DNA of 64,000 nt, taken from IMG/VR virus record IMGVR_UViG_3300017763_000006, positions 30,544 through 94,543 of that record; one strand, given 5' to 3'. The DNA is from a virus. This document shows positions 25,801-35,900 of this stretch, one piece after another. Each line of letters begins with the position of its first letter. Position 1 is the stretch's first letter. The translations under genes and the position numbers were made by a program. The notes under the pieces were generated by a model, which was not told the DNA's origin, ran no database searches, and saw only the letters and a program-made list of their open reading frames with translations.

Positions 25801-28725
25801 TAAGTCTGCAATATATGAAGCAGAAACCTTTCCAGATGGATTATTCCTATTAATGGTAGTAACCTTTATTATGCCATCGATGTCATTGTTGTTGAATATT
25901 GAATTCGCATTCGCGCCCCAAGGAGGATATGTCATTGTATTAGAAAAAGGAAGCAAGTGTACCATAATTTCGTGATTACAAGCATCTGCTAATTCCATAC
26001 AAAGGTCTAATATACTCATTGTATCATAATTAATCTGATACATAGGATCTGGAATAGGTATTGCTTGTATGTCTATAGCATATTTTTTATTTCTGAACTT
26101 ACAAAATCCTCCATATTGTAAGTATTGACTGCTCGGGAAGGCTGAGGTCGGAGTCCATTTATGAAATCCGGTTAACATATTTAAGGCTTGAAGAACTCTA
26201 AAACAAGGTATTCCTAGTTCTGATCTAAGAGAGTATCCTATTCCTGTAAGTGGTCGATCTAAATTAAAAGGACTTGTTTCAAATGTTCCGTCAGCCTTTA
26301 CAATTTCTTTCGCATCTCCACCATCATCCGGTATGCTCCAGCTATTTTTCGTATAGCTTGCATTATAGAAATCTGCCAACCGTGCGCCACTAGTTTCATC
26401 TGTCAAGTAAATATGTTCTAAAAAACCATATATATTTATAAGATTATCATTACCAAATGTAGTTCCAGTATGATTGTTTAATATCAATTGGAAGTTTTGT
26501 AGTATTTCTCTAGGATCAACAACAGTAACATTATGCATAGTTCCACCAGTAGCATCTTGATTAGTATTCCAAGACTGAAGTAGGCCACCAAAGGCAAAAT
26601 GCGGAGATTGCCCAGTGCTTGTCCAACCGTACAAATCATATATTAATTTATGAAATCCGTTAACCCCATCATCAGGATAAGTAATGTTGTTGCTGTCTGG
26701 ACCCCCAATGTGACTCGTATTATGCCCCGTCATAGGTTTTTGCAAGCTTTCGCCAAAACAAAAGAATACTGGATCACCAACTTCAATATCTTGGTATTCG
26801 CTTGTATCGGTATATCCCGGTACGGAAGTCGAATTTCCTTCCTCATCAAGAGTTGTGGTGGCGTATTGCTCTTGGCCTATATAACTTGTTCCTGTAACTG
26901 TTTGTCTCCGTCCAAATTTATCTACTTTCTTATGAACAGTATTGACTACTGAGTCTTCTACAAGTGTTACGTTCATGGTCGTAACGCTATCACCGAACCC
27001 GCCGTTTAAAGAAAAATCAGCGACAGAAGCGCCTAAAAATACATGTTGCGGTAAGCTAGGATTAGAAGCGCTGCCATATGAGCCAAACTCTCTTTTTAAC
27101 TGGGGGGGAAGAGTGGTAGTTGTGGTAGTTGTTATTATCCCGCTAGGTGGCTCACGAAACAAAGTCGTCTTTTGTTTTTCACCTTGAAATATTTTGTTTT
27201 CTTCATGACTATCAAGAAAAGCAGATTTAGCTTCGTTGAATTTTATTTTTTCATCAAGATAGTAATAGTCGCCATTCTGAAGTTTTACTTCTACATCTTG
27301 TTTTCCCTCCTTGGGCATTTCTTCTTCTGGTATCTCGATTGGTAAATAAATTTCTTCAAATATACCAGACACACCAGAAGGAAAAGATATCGGACTTTCA
27401 TATCCTTCTTTAACTTTAATACCACGAGAAGTCGGAAGAACAGTATCATAGTTTATGCTAAGGTCTTGAACAGTTCTTCCTTCTCTTCTAAGCTTAAACC
27501 AAATAAGATTTGGTGTTCCAGAGGGATAGGAGGTTGCTGGATCTCCTGTAATAGTTCCATCTCCATATGAATTGTGTTGACTACCGCCTACTACGGATTT
27601 TGCCTCATTATAATGCAGTGGTTGAGGGTCTTGATCTTCTTCTGATTTTTTATAAAAGTAATCATTAGATACATTAAAGACTTTGACTTTTGGCTGTATG
27701 TCATAGTCACCGATTTCAATTTCTTGTGTTACTATCCCACTGTTGGTGTTCCAGCCACCAGATGCCTGAATAATCCAATATGTTGAACCATGAAATATAT
27801 GACTTTTTGGAATATCAATATAAAATTCTTTTTTATTTTCACCGGGACAAAAAACAAAATCGGATTTATATATAGTTGGTGTTTTTTGATGGAGAGGTTT
27901 ATCGTTCAGTACACCTACGCCATCCTCTATTAAATTTTTATTGTATATTGTAACATTTGCTTTAACTATACCCGTTGGTCCAATGTCTACGCCTTCAAGC
28001 ATAAACGTTGGATTGCTATCTAGAGTAAGTTGAATTTTATAGTCTTCTTTTACCCGCTCTCCATCGGCTATTCTTTTTGCTGAGTCATGTTTAAAGTATG
28101 AGCCACACGAAATATTGACATCTGGTTTATCTATTCCAGAAGCCTGCCTAACATCCAAATGGCGGCATAAATCTTCATCAGACATCCCCTCCAAATAACC
28201 GAACCAAGGAGGCAGGTGAGCTGGTTGTATATCATAATCATAAACAGAGAACGATTGTAAGAATTGCCCTTGGCAATTATAAGAGCCTATTACCGCGATT
28301 TTCCACTTTGTTGTCCCATGAAATTTTATACTTTTTGGAATCTCTAAATTCAATTCTACTTTGTTTTCACCGGGACAAAAAACAACTTGACTTACTTGGT
28401 ATCCACCATTAGATATAAGCCTTGGAGATTCTTGAGTTAAGAGATCTTCTGGTGGATCTTCAGCACCAAACCTAGCGCCCTCCACGTTGTCTTCATATAT
28501 ATAAACTTTTGCTAAACATATTCCCTCAGAAGTTGGAATATCATTAAAAAGAAATGAAGGAGTACTTTGCAACACAATGTTAATTTTGTATTCTTCAGGG
28601 GCTTCCGGTGAATTGTGATTATAAGTCGGTTCTAGACCTTCAACGGAGACGTATGGCAAAGGTTCTATTCCACTTGCTTCTCTAGTGTCTGAATGCCAAC
28701 ATTCGTTGTAATCATCTATATTCAT
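22849..28725 (-). CDS. Large tail-tip/hub protein (1958 aa) with duplicated N-terminal domain and Calx-beta-like domain
   Basis: Two ~176-aa repeats, Calx-beta-like segment, T7 linker, C-terminal ITNINVSFSTTGIRTT strand plus coiled coil as in central tail-tip proteins. Confidence 0.65.
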   Translation of the reverse strand: MNIDDYNECWHSDTREASGIEPLPYVSVEGLEPTYNHNSPEAPEEYKINIVLQSTPSFLFNDIPTSEGICLAKVYIYEDNVEGARFGAEDPPEDLLTQESPRLISNGGYQVSQVVFCPGENKVELNLEIPKSIKFHGTTKWKIAVIGSYNCQGQFLQSFSVYDYDIQPAHLPPWFGYLEGMSDEDLCRHLDVRQASGIDKPDVNISCGSYFKHDSAKRIADGERVKEDYKIQLTLDSNPTFMLEGVDIGPTGIVKANVTIYNKNLIEDGVGVLNDKPLHQKTPTIYKSDFVFCPGENKKEFYIDIPKSHIFHGSTYWIIQASGGWNTNSGIVTQEIEIGDYDIQPKVKVFNVSNDYFYKKSEEDQDPQPLHYNEAKSVVGGSQHNSYGDGTITGDPATSYPSGTPNLIWFKLRREGRTVQDLSINYDTVLPTSRGIKVKEGYESPISFPSGVSGIFEEIYLPIEIPEEEMPKEGKQDVEVKLQNGDYYYLDEKIKFNEAKSAFLDSHEENKIFQGEKQKTTLFREPPSGIITTTTTTTLPPQLKREFGSYGSASNPSLPQHVFLGASVADFSLNGGFGDSVTTMNVTLVEDSVVNTVHKKVDKFGRRQTVTGTSYIGQEQYATTTLDEEGNSTSVPGYTDTSEYQDIEVGDPVFFCFGESLQKPMTGHNTSHIGGPDSNNITYPDDGVNGFHKLIYDLYGWTSTGQSPHFAFGGLLQSWNTNQDATGGTMHNVTVVDPREILQNFQLILNNHTGTTFGNDNLINIYGFLEHIYLTDETSGARLADFYNASYTKNSWSIPDDGGDAKEIVKADGTFETSPFNLDRPLTGIGYSLRSELGIPCFRVLQALNMLTGFHKWTPTSAFPSSQYLQYGGFCKFRNKKYAIDIQAIPIPDPMYQINYDTMSILDLCMELADACNHEIMVHLLPFSNTMTYPPWGANANSIFNNNDIDGIIKVTTINRNNPSGKVSASYIADLPFDVTSKDIGVELANEVTDRFVTGANEVAHYYFDGKQDRKGGSHGLHEIDRNLKKQIIPYYGLLHSNVVTFPRGRGPWTQIILDATSCNAMGVGEFYVTTEMELRAADISFDKWVEFLQSYNMVFHEVIFDGEAIDNLDFFNQGVTGSILNFLGLDGTIIGNRECTVPRCTHPPCKIDHLHWQNGQDTEQWCSPPYGYPLYWGRAGAIGLFTGSNTGGSNKNPKVVDAKGVAANEQLRQAKPKANSPKGGASNDANKNFEDAVSAYMTKKGLDNAKKVFAFVKAVADECLGKKFLIKIPQKPNLNYGSKKYFYGFPPRNNDHSIPALNLGVDGTYDYIKHTEHLKTVSFSDARQRGALTIGYNAAVGEYVFNYYPEPAGGNDPPYGTYAPPIIRSFFEENGRVPPYVRLPYEDAISMDSFDKDTTFKYSYNPITGKQAVKQGNGAWPAGTKHTVFVKADLDQRLFVAPVFKRGTVNVYGCTAYRRADLEGKVEKKKIYDEEGEEQVINPIVPKIYGPRKTPDLVLQGGFQAAIDGEDEGSPGVIVKYIDLDKALLQQGPQNYYHVYALITIPRAVLTEEGTETNGESMKVNASNVGHFFREDVVKGMPGFTTVTIPSAIKLEGGDDSTSTEIRNNLMKAVEGLSFCLDRRIKMFSPGPLFPEMAAIPLRSTERSYGPWFNETGGDGKIEYSHDESLAPWNYGGSYADMNKAGFMAVEQTAEADMEQERASFTMVGWPRGMSIGGFLSTGGPAITNINVSFSTTGIRTTVTMDSYTPSFGKMQKQKQALMTKMSRDKQKIKDQTNRLIKDQIINPRNNTTMKKEEAIFRRKAQAEKDKDYGSKLTAEDRGEAQPPNQFAMTVNVQKGSIDTTSVDEEGNATSSVGSVADANEKPDNGDFASKAMTNVTGAVQSAKATGDAGKVLSENAFQYYKQYWLSISSSIDEVFHPASSTWHNIFPCMDQPIDLLLYKDSIDDDNEISYYD
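27836..28385. repeat. 22-nt exact direct repeat (27836-27857, 28364-28385) marking an intragenic domain duplication
   Basis: ttttcaccgggacaaaaaacaa twice, 528 nt apart, encoding VFCPGEN. Confidence 0.85.
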
Positions 28726-28735
28726 AATAATTTAC

Positions 28736-30262
28736 CTATGATGGATAAGGCTCGTAAACCCAAGTGATATTTCTTACGTAACGATTCTCGTTAGGATTCC
28801 AAGTCGAACTGTCTGCTGTTGTGTAAACAAACTTATTAAGACTTGATGACGGCTTATAACTAGTTACAATTGTAGAAGTTCCGGGTCCACTGCTATATCC
28901 CTTATTGGGAAAGTAGACAACTTCAAGTGTGAAGTCTTTCGTGCGTTCGCTAACGGTTCCTGTGTCTTGTAAAATTGGTCCTATCGATCTTCCTATTACT
29001 GGAACTATATTAAGAACAGTAGTGCCTCCACTGTCAGTGCATTCTATTTTTTCAAAAGAAGTAGCTAGTACGCCATCTACTTTAATTAGATTTTCAGGTC
29101 TAGTATTATATACTACTGTAAAATCAATGCTTCCTACATTATAATTTCTAGTTGTATTCCAACTTAATGAACTAGAGTTAATTGAATTAGAAAAAGTGGG
29201 GAATGTGCTTTTAATTTTAGTTACAAATTGCTCGCTGAAGCTACTAAAAGCAGTTTTAGCATTGGTCATACGACTCGTTGTTGAAGAAGCTGAACTTAAT
29301 CCTAGTATGCTTCCACTGATAGTAAATGAGGTATTTGGATCTTCTGCTGACGCACTATATTCTAAATTATATTGAGCTAACGCTTTTTGAGAACGTGTAG
29401 AAGGAACTAGTATAAATGTAGAGGTTTTAGTAGCCTCTGTTGTTGTAGGGTTTACGGAAGTACCTGAAGTAAAATTCTTTACTTTATAAAGTGTTCCAGT
29501 TTCATCTCCTCTCCAACCACTTCCAGACAAATAAATATTTTCACCTGTGGACGATGAAAATCTAGACTTGCTATTTACAAAGTCAACAGCATTAACAGAT
29601 CCGTGTTTGCCGCCGCCAGAAGATGCAGAAGCTGTAATGGTCTCTGTGGCTGTATAGTAACCGCCAGTTAGTAATCCTTGATTAGAAGAAGTTAGATGGT
29701 CGTAATCTTCGTTAATAGTTATTGATAAACTGTAAGAAAAATCAGTATGATAATACGTATCCTCTCTACTATGACCCGTTTCAAAAGTTATAGAATATTT
29801 TGAATAACTTACATACGGGCCTTCTTCGTGATTAATGCTTTTTACTTGGCAGCCATAAAATGTCTTTATTAACGAACCTTGGCTATCATTAATTTCTATA
29901 GTATAGCTTTTGAATTCTGTTAAAGCATCATCCAGCACTTTTTGTTTTGCAAAAATTGCACTTGCGCCAGTAGCAAAGAGATAGCCGTTCATCGTTATCG
30001 TTGTTATTACAGAAACTTCGGTATTTGCAGTACCAATACCAGTGATACTAGTAGAAGAGTCCTCAGAGGTAACAGCGTGTTGTACAGATATAAGCGGTGC
30101 GCAATGTTCAAAAGTATAATTATTTGTTGTGCCAAAGTTAGATCCAAATTTGTCATTAGGGTCATCGCTTTGTCTTTCTGGATATATATAGATGAGGTTG
30201 CTAACTTCAGGAGTATCTAAGTAATCTTGAAGTTTTTGTTCTTCTTCTTTTTTATTACTCAT
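28736..30262 (-). CDS. Tail protein, paralog of the upstream 905-aa gene
   Basis: Shares AP.IS.Q, TIT.NG.LF, EEG, PVIG..GP.LQ.T and W.Y motifs with upstream gene. Confidence 0.65.
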   Translation of the reverse strand: MSNKKEEEQKLQDYLDTPEVSNLIYIYPERQSDDPNDKFGSNFGTTNNYTFEHCAPLISVQHAVTSEDSSTSITGIGTANTEVSVITTITMNGYLFATGASAIFAKQKVLDDALTEFKSYTIEINDSQGSLIKTFYGCQVKSINHEEGPYVSYSKYSITFETGHSREDTYYHTDFSYSLSITINEDYDHLTSSNQGLLTGGYYTATETITASASSGGGKHGSVNAVDFVNSKSRFSSSTGENIYLSGSGWRGDETGTLYKVKNFTSGTSVNPTTTEATKTSTFILVPSTRSQKALAQYNLEYSASAEDPNTSFTISGSILGLSSASSTTSRMTNAKTAFSSFSEQFVTKIKSTFPTFSNSINSSSLSWNTTRNYNVGSIDFTVVYNTRPENLIKVDGVLATSFEKIECTDSGGTTVLNIVPVIGRSIGPILQDTGTVSERTKDFTLEVVYFPNKGYSSGPGTSTIVTSYKPSSSLNKFVYTTADSSTWNPNENRYVRNITWVYEPYPS

Positions 30263-30264
30263 TC

Positions 30265-32961
30265 TTAGTCATCTCCTTGAATTTGACCCATAGGCTGTAT
30301 GTTAAATTCACCTAAAATATTAACTTCATCTGGTTTCTTAATACGTAGGGTGAAAAAAGTTTTAAGTATTTTTTCCTTATGTTCGCCATCATCGTCTAAT
30401 ATTGGTTCTCCGTCGTCATCGTACATCATTTCTTTTTCTGTCGAAAGATCTTTAGCGCCAATCTCCACGGTGTGTAGCATGTAATGAGGAATTATTTCTG
30501 ATACTTCGCCAGTTTCGTCGTCATAAATAATCTCGTCTGGCTCCCACTCTTGGTGGACAACCCCACTTCTAATAAATAATTTTGCCGAGTACCTCCCAGT
30601 TCTAACTATTTTAAACATACCTCTTGGATTATTTTTTAAGTAAAATGTTGCATGTCCAGCCCTAATGCCTCCACTACTTTCGTTAGATGCATCATATTCA
30701 TGCTGATCTAAAGAAACATCAGCCACAAAATAGTCTTGCCTAAAAATGTCAGAATGAAGTGTGACTGCTGATGGTTGTACTACTATGTTTTTTGGTTGTT
30801 TCCATTCTTTATGCACGAATAAATTATATCGAACATGCTCATAAACAGTAACGGACTGTCCTCTCTCGGCTGATAGTGATTCACTTGCTGGAGTATTTTT
30901 TGAGTAAATATTAGCCACATATTTAGTTTTATAAGCTAATGTTTCCCCTTCTTCTACTGAAACTCCAGAGTGGGGCAAAGGATATAGCGGTTGACCAGTA
31001 AGGTATAAAGCTTTCCAAGCACCTCTCGTTTCCCAATCTGAGTTATAACTACTTTGCGGGGCTTCTCTAATCTCAAACCTACTAGCGTCCTCTCCCTTAA
31101 GTGTAAGGGACGTACTTAGTTCATCTTGATCATCATTGTGGATAAAAATATTTAATAAATGGACTGCACCGTTTTTATTGCCGTACTCTCCAATGTGTCC
31201 TTCATTTTCCAAAAATCTAGACTGAGATATTGGATTGTGAATAGCTCTTAAAAAAGTATCTTCTATTGGATCACCATTTTCGTCAAGTTCGGGATCAAAA
31301 TTATCTTGATTAACAAACTTAAACACTCTGCTATGAGGAAGCATTGTATCGCCACCGTCTTTAAAATCTTCATCCTTATACCAACCACCTCCAGTTTCCA
31401 AAGACCCAAGAGTTGGCAAAACTGGAGCTTTTGATAGATGGATGGGGTCTGAATAAGCAGGCGCAAAAGTCTGTAGTCTAGCGGGAAGGTATGTCCAATT
31501 AGCAGTGAGAGAATAGGTATTATTAGTGGGATCGTATGTTTCACTTTCAATATTAGAAAAAATTTGTTTTTGATCATAATAATTAGTAAGAGCTTGAGGT
31601 TCATGGCGTGACAATAGATCGGCAATAGATTCCCATTCAGAATTATTATTACTCCCGTTCACAAAAGTTACATCTAAATTAAGAGTTTTTAAAGCTTCTG
31701 TGACACTATTGGTGTTTTGCAATCGTGGGCCATTGAGTTTTCCTATAACTGGTATGGCAGCAAAAACATTCCTCTGCGGTGTGAGAGAAATATTTACATC
31801 TTGCTTTGTTGCATTTGTAATAATAAAATCATAATTAGATATATCATAATCAACTTGGTAACTAATGACATTGGTTGTTCGATCTAATGTAGCGCTTTTC
31901 TTTAATGCAGATCCCATGATATCCCATTCGTCATTCGTTCCATCTCCCGAAAAACCTCTTAAACTCTCCGTGTCGCCAAGAAGACTAGAGTTTAATGCAT
32001 TAGAAAATATTTTATCTGCAAATTCTTTAAAATGCTCATAACGAACTGATTCCGATCCTTCGACTAAAGATTTGAATTCTCCGCTTATGGACAAAACAGA
32101 AGCAGCTGAATCAGCGCTACTTTCTCTTGACTCATTGTAGCTTGCAATCGCCGTCATAAAGGGAGCTTGGTTCGGCACGAGAATTAGTGTTTGAGTTAAT
32201 GAAATTTGCCCAGTTGTTGGGCTTGAAGAAGTTTCAGAACTGGTAACATAAACATTCCACACTACCCCTCCACTATTATATGTATCTCCATTACTTAACT
32301 CCCAATATTCCATTAGTTCTGCCATTCCCCTGTCAACTTCAGAGACTCTAGCTGTTATCTTATATGTAGCTGTTGTGTGACCTCTAGTAGCAATTGTTTT
32401 ATCTGATAGGTCGATGTAGCCTAAACCATCTTCAGAGCTTGTAGAAAAATTTTCAGTATGCTCTAAAAATGTAGTTTCAACGCTAGACTCTGATTTAAAA
32501 CTAGCAGTAAATTTGCACCATCCAAGCCAGCTACCCTCTTCAAAATCTAAAGTATTTAATTTGCAATTGTAAAAACTTCTTACGATTGTTCCATAGGCAT
32601 CTGTTATATTAAATTTAAAACGCTTATAAGATGTAATATCATCATATAAATCATCTTGAGCTTCCATCAATTTGTCAATGGGCTTGGTTGGCGGGTTTTC
32701 TGCTAATTCTTCCTCAGTTAACGGTTCTCCAAACAGAACCCCATTTACAGTAATGGTAGAACTTTTAGAAACTTTGCCATAAGCAGTTTCAAGAATTTCG
32801 TTTTGTATAGAGATGCGAGGAGCCATGCCACCAAAACTAAATGTTTCGACGGCGGGACTTTCCTCCCCGGATGCGATAGCGGCTTGTATGTCGTCCTCGG
32901 TATACCCAAATATTTCTGCGGTTAATCCGTGACGCTTATCTTCATCTTCTCTTGCTGGCAC
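30265..32961 (-). CDS. Tail protein with C-terminal cadherin-like domains
   Basis: GTG 32961 preceded by GAGGAGG (track start TTG 32982); N-terminal ~500 aa paralogous to next gene; LKGEDASRFEI and FYLKNNPRGMFKI cadherin-like motifs. Confidence 0.62.
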   Translation of the reverse strand: MPAREDEDKRHGLTAEIFGYTEDDIQAAIASGEESPAVETFSFGGMAPRISIQNEILETAYGKVSKSSTITVNGVLFGEPLTEEELAENPPTKPIDKLMEAQDDLYDDITSYKRFKFNITDAYGTIVRSFYNCKLNTLDFEEGSWLGWCKFTASFKSESSVETTFLEHTENFSTSSEDGLGYIDLSDKTIATRGHTTATYKITARVSEVDRGMAELMEYWELSNGDTYNSGGVVWNVYVTSSETSSSPTTGQISLTQTLILVPNQAPFMTAIASYNESRESSADSAASVLSISGEFKSLVEGSESVRYEHFKEFADKIFSNALNSSLLGDTESLRGFSGDGTNDEWDIMGSALKKSATLDRTTNVISYQVDYDISNYDFIITNATKQDVNISLTPQRNVFAAIPVIGKLNGPRLQNTNSVTEALKTLNLDVTFVNGSNNNSEWESIADLLSRHEPQALTNYYDQKQIFSNIESETYDPTNNTYSLTANWTYLPARLQTFAPAYSDPIHLSKAPVLPTLGSLETGGGWYKDEDFKDGGDTMLPHSRVFKFVNQDNFDPELDENGDPIEDTFLRAIHNPISQSRFLENEGHIGEYGNKNGAVHLLNIFIHNDDQDELSTSLTLKGEDASRFEIREAPQSSYNSDWETRGAWKALYLTGQPLYPLPHSGVSVEEGETLAYKTKYVANIYSKNTPASESLSAERGQSVTVYEHVRYNLFVHKEWKQPKNIVVQPSAVTLHSDIFRQDYFVADVSLDQHEYDASNESSGGIRAGHATFYLKNNPRGMFKIVRTGRYSAKLFIRSGVVHQEWEPDEIIYDDETGEVSEIIPHYMLHTVEIGAKDLSTEKEMMYDDDGEPILDDDGEHKEKILKTFFTLRIKKPDEVNILGEFNIQPMGQIQGDD

Positions 32962-35900
32962 GTTTTGGTCCTCCTCTAGCAACTAAAGACATAGTACTAT
33001 GTAAGTTTATATCATTTAGTTTGTCAACATCATTTTCAGAATGCTGGTCCACTACTGTTTGATAAGAACCGTAATAATCCGATGGAACACCACTAGCATA
33101 TAAGTTGATAATTCCAGAATCTTGAACGGCACTATAGCAGTATAAGTCTGCTTTATTATACACGGAATCACGCTCAGGCCCAAGCGATAATAGGGGCAAA
33201 CTGCCAGATTCTGGGAGTCTATAAGCATCCGTAAATAAATTCATATCATTTTCAATAGGTCTTCCAAACAGGTAAGATCCTCTGACAGCTTTGATGTATG
33301 GTCTATGAGTAACGTAGCCCTTATCTAGCTTGTCTTGACCAGAAACTTCTATGAAAATTTCACCTTCAGCATTTGCCACTACTCTTCCTCTCTGGAAGAA
33401 TTGTTTATTTGGAGTAATCCCATTAGAAATATTGAAAACTGTGGATTCTATTTCAAGGTCTCCATCTCCATATACCCTGCCAGAAATATAGGTGTCTGGA
33501 TGAGGGAAAGAAGGTCTGAGCTTCCTTAACATGCCGTCATAAGCAAATACAGAGCCTGCCTTATCATTACCGGATATTTTTTCAACAGGAGCAGAAATAC
33601 CAAGAATATAATCTCCATCATTTCTCTTAGCTCTACTTAAAGATATATTACTTCCAAACATAATATTTTCTTGAGAATTTTGAATTCTAGTACCACTGCC
33701 CAAAGTAGATATTTTATGAATTTCATCCCAAGTCTGTTCTTTAGTTCCCCAATCTGCTATGCGATTCTCATAAGTAAAGACAGAACCATGATTGAGTATG
33801 GAAACGCCACTACTTATAAAATCTACTCGTTCGCTAGCAAAACCTAGATCGTGAGGTATAACCGTAGAAATATCAAACTGATTATTAAATTCTTTTCTGA
33901 TAAACTCTGAGGGCGTATGCTCAAAGAATATATCGAAAGAATGGTTTGGAGCAGATATAGCCAAGATGTCAGAATCAATAGCAATGTCATAACCAAACAT
34001 GTCTGATTTATAAGAATTTAATTGTAAAAATTCATTTGTATAATTATGATTTCCATATATTCCAGATGCCTGTTCTGGATTAATCCCGCTAAACCCAACG
34101 CTAAGTTGCTCTGGTCTTATCTTTTGAACACAATCCCAAGGTAGTCCAGTTGTTATTTCTAAGGAAGTAGATCCGGCTCCATTGCTCTTACTTGTATCTT
34201 TCTCTAAAATGTAAACAGCTCCAGCCCCACCGTTAAATCCAACTTCTGTTCCGTATGTTGGACCGTTGAGAGAATTAGAAACAACATCATCCCACTTAGT
34301 AATATTAGTAGTATTATATGGAGTAAATGGAGCGCCAACATAAATCTTGTCATCATAAATAGTAACTTTATATCCAAACAAATCACCGGGATATCCAGAA
34401 CCAAAGAAATTAAAATCTAGATGGTCTTTACCAGTGGCTCTCATTAAAGGAGGAATTCTTTCTTGATATCCAGCATCTTTGTAAACCACGCCGTCTACAG
34501 TATCGTGGAACTTAGACTTGGATGAATAGTGAGCTTGAACTACTTCAAAATTGTTTACGTACCAATCTTCATATAGTTGATCTATTGCTTCGTATTGTCC
34601 TGCTTTTCTCATTGCATCTACAGTGCTTGACTGAAGAGGTGGTGGTAGTTTTCTAAACTTACCAATGTCTACAACCTCATCTATAGGTAGCATTGAATCA
34701 AAAGGCTGTCTAACAAAATCTTGAGGAGGCGTAGGTAGGATTTGTTTTTTACCCTCAGTGTCAGAGTAAGAGGTGGCAGATAGGCTATTGCTTTCATATC
34801 CTCCAAATCTATAATTTAACCCATCATTGTCTGGATAAGCATTGATTAATCTACTTGGACTAGACCTTTCTGGAGAAATTATTTTGTAAAAATCAGGATA
34901 CTGTCTACCAGCTTCAGGAGAAGGGAAATTAGTATGAGGATACAGGCTACTTAAGAAGAAAGCTAAATCTCTATTAGCAGAGTCTGAACCTTCAGCCTTA
35001 ATAGTTGGTCCTTGTATAATACTGGGATCACTAATAATTGTAACCCTAGATTTGTTACGCCCAACAAAGTATCCAGCTTGATGGTATACTTCTTGAGCAA
35101 TTACAACAGGTCCGTCTTCTATATCTCCAGCTCCAGCCCCATATCCAAGAATAGGCTCTTCTGCGCATATTTCACTACCGGGGCTAGCTTGTTCACAGTA
35201 CTGTTGGCTAGGATGGCTAATTTCTCTTAAATAATCTTGTTGATATGAATATTCGGGACTGCCCGGAACTGTTACAAAGTACTTTTCTGTTATAGGTGTT
35301 TTAGTTTCAATGTATTTTTGGTTTACAGGAATTCTTACTCCAGAAACAGCAAATAGCTTAATCGTTCTGTTGTTGGATAAGTCTTGTTCGCTGCCAATGT
35401 CTGCTTTTCTATAAGTTTGATTTCTGTGAACAAACAGTTCTATTTGCTCTACATCTGTCGGAACTTGTATGTCTACAGTCTTTGTTGGTACAGATGGGCT
35501 TAGTGATATGGTTGCCCCAAGACTAATAGTAGTTTCAGAAAAACTTCCATCATCACCATAATCTTCAATAGTATATGAACCACCAGAATCTTGGTTTTCT
35601 AGACTAACGTTTCGACTACAGTTAGATATGTATATATCAAACGGCTCAGATTCTAAAGCGGTATCATTGTGAGCAGAAAAATACAACCTAAACAAATTGA
35701 AATCATCATGGTGTTCTTCTTTTTCTGGAACACTAAACGACACCTTCGTTATTCCAGTTCTTAGCTGTGGTTCTATATTACTTGCTGACCTAGTGTCTTG
35801 AATTGATTTTTTGAAAGCAGCTAATTTAGTAGCACCGTTTAATTTAATTGGAATAATATCATGAAAGTATCCTGTGCAATATCTTTGACCACCAATTACA

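Noticed and set aside
32942-32982. Frameshift fusion of the 4075-aa and 905-aa genes
   Set aside because: A strong GAGGAGG SD with GTG at 32961 explains independent initiation; no slippery heptamer seen
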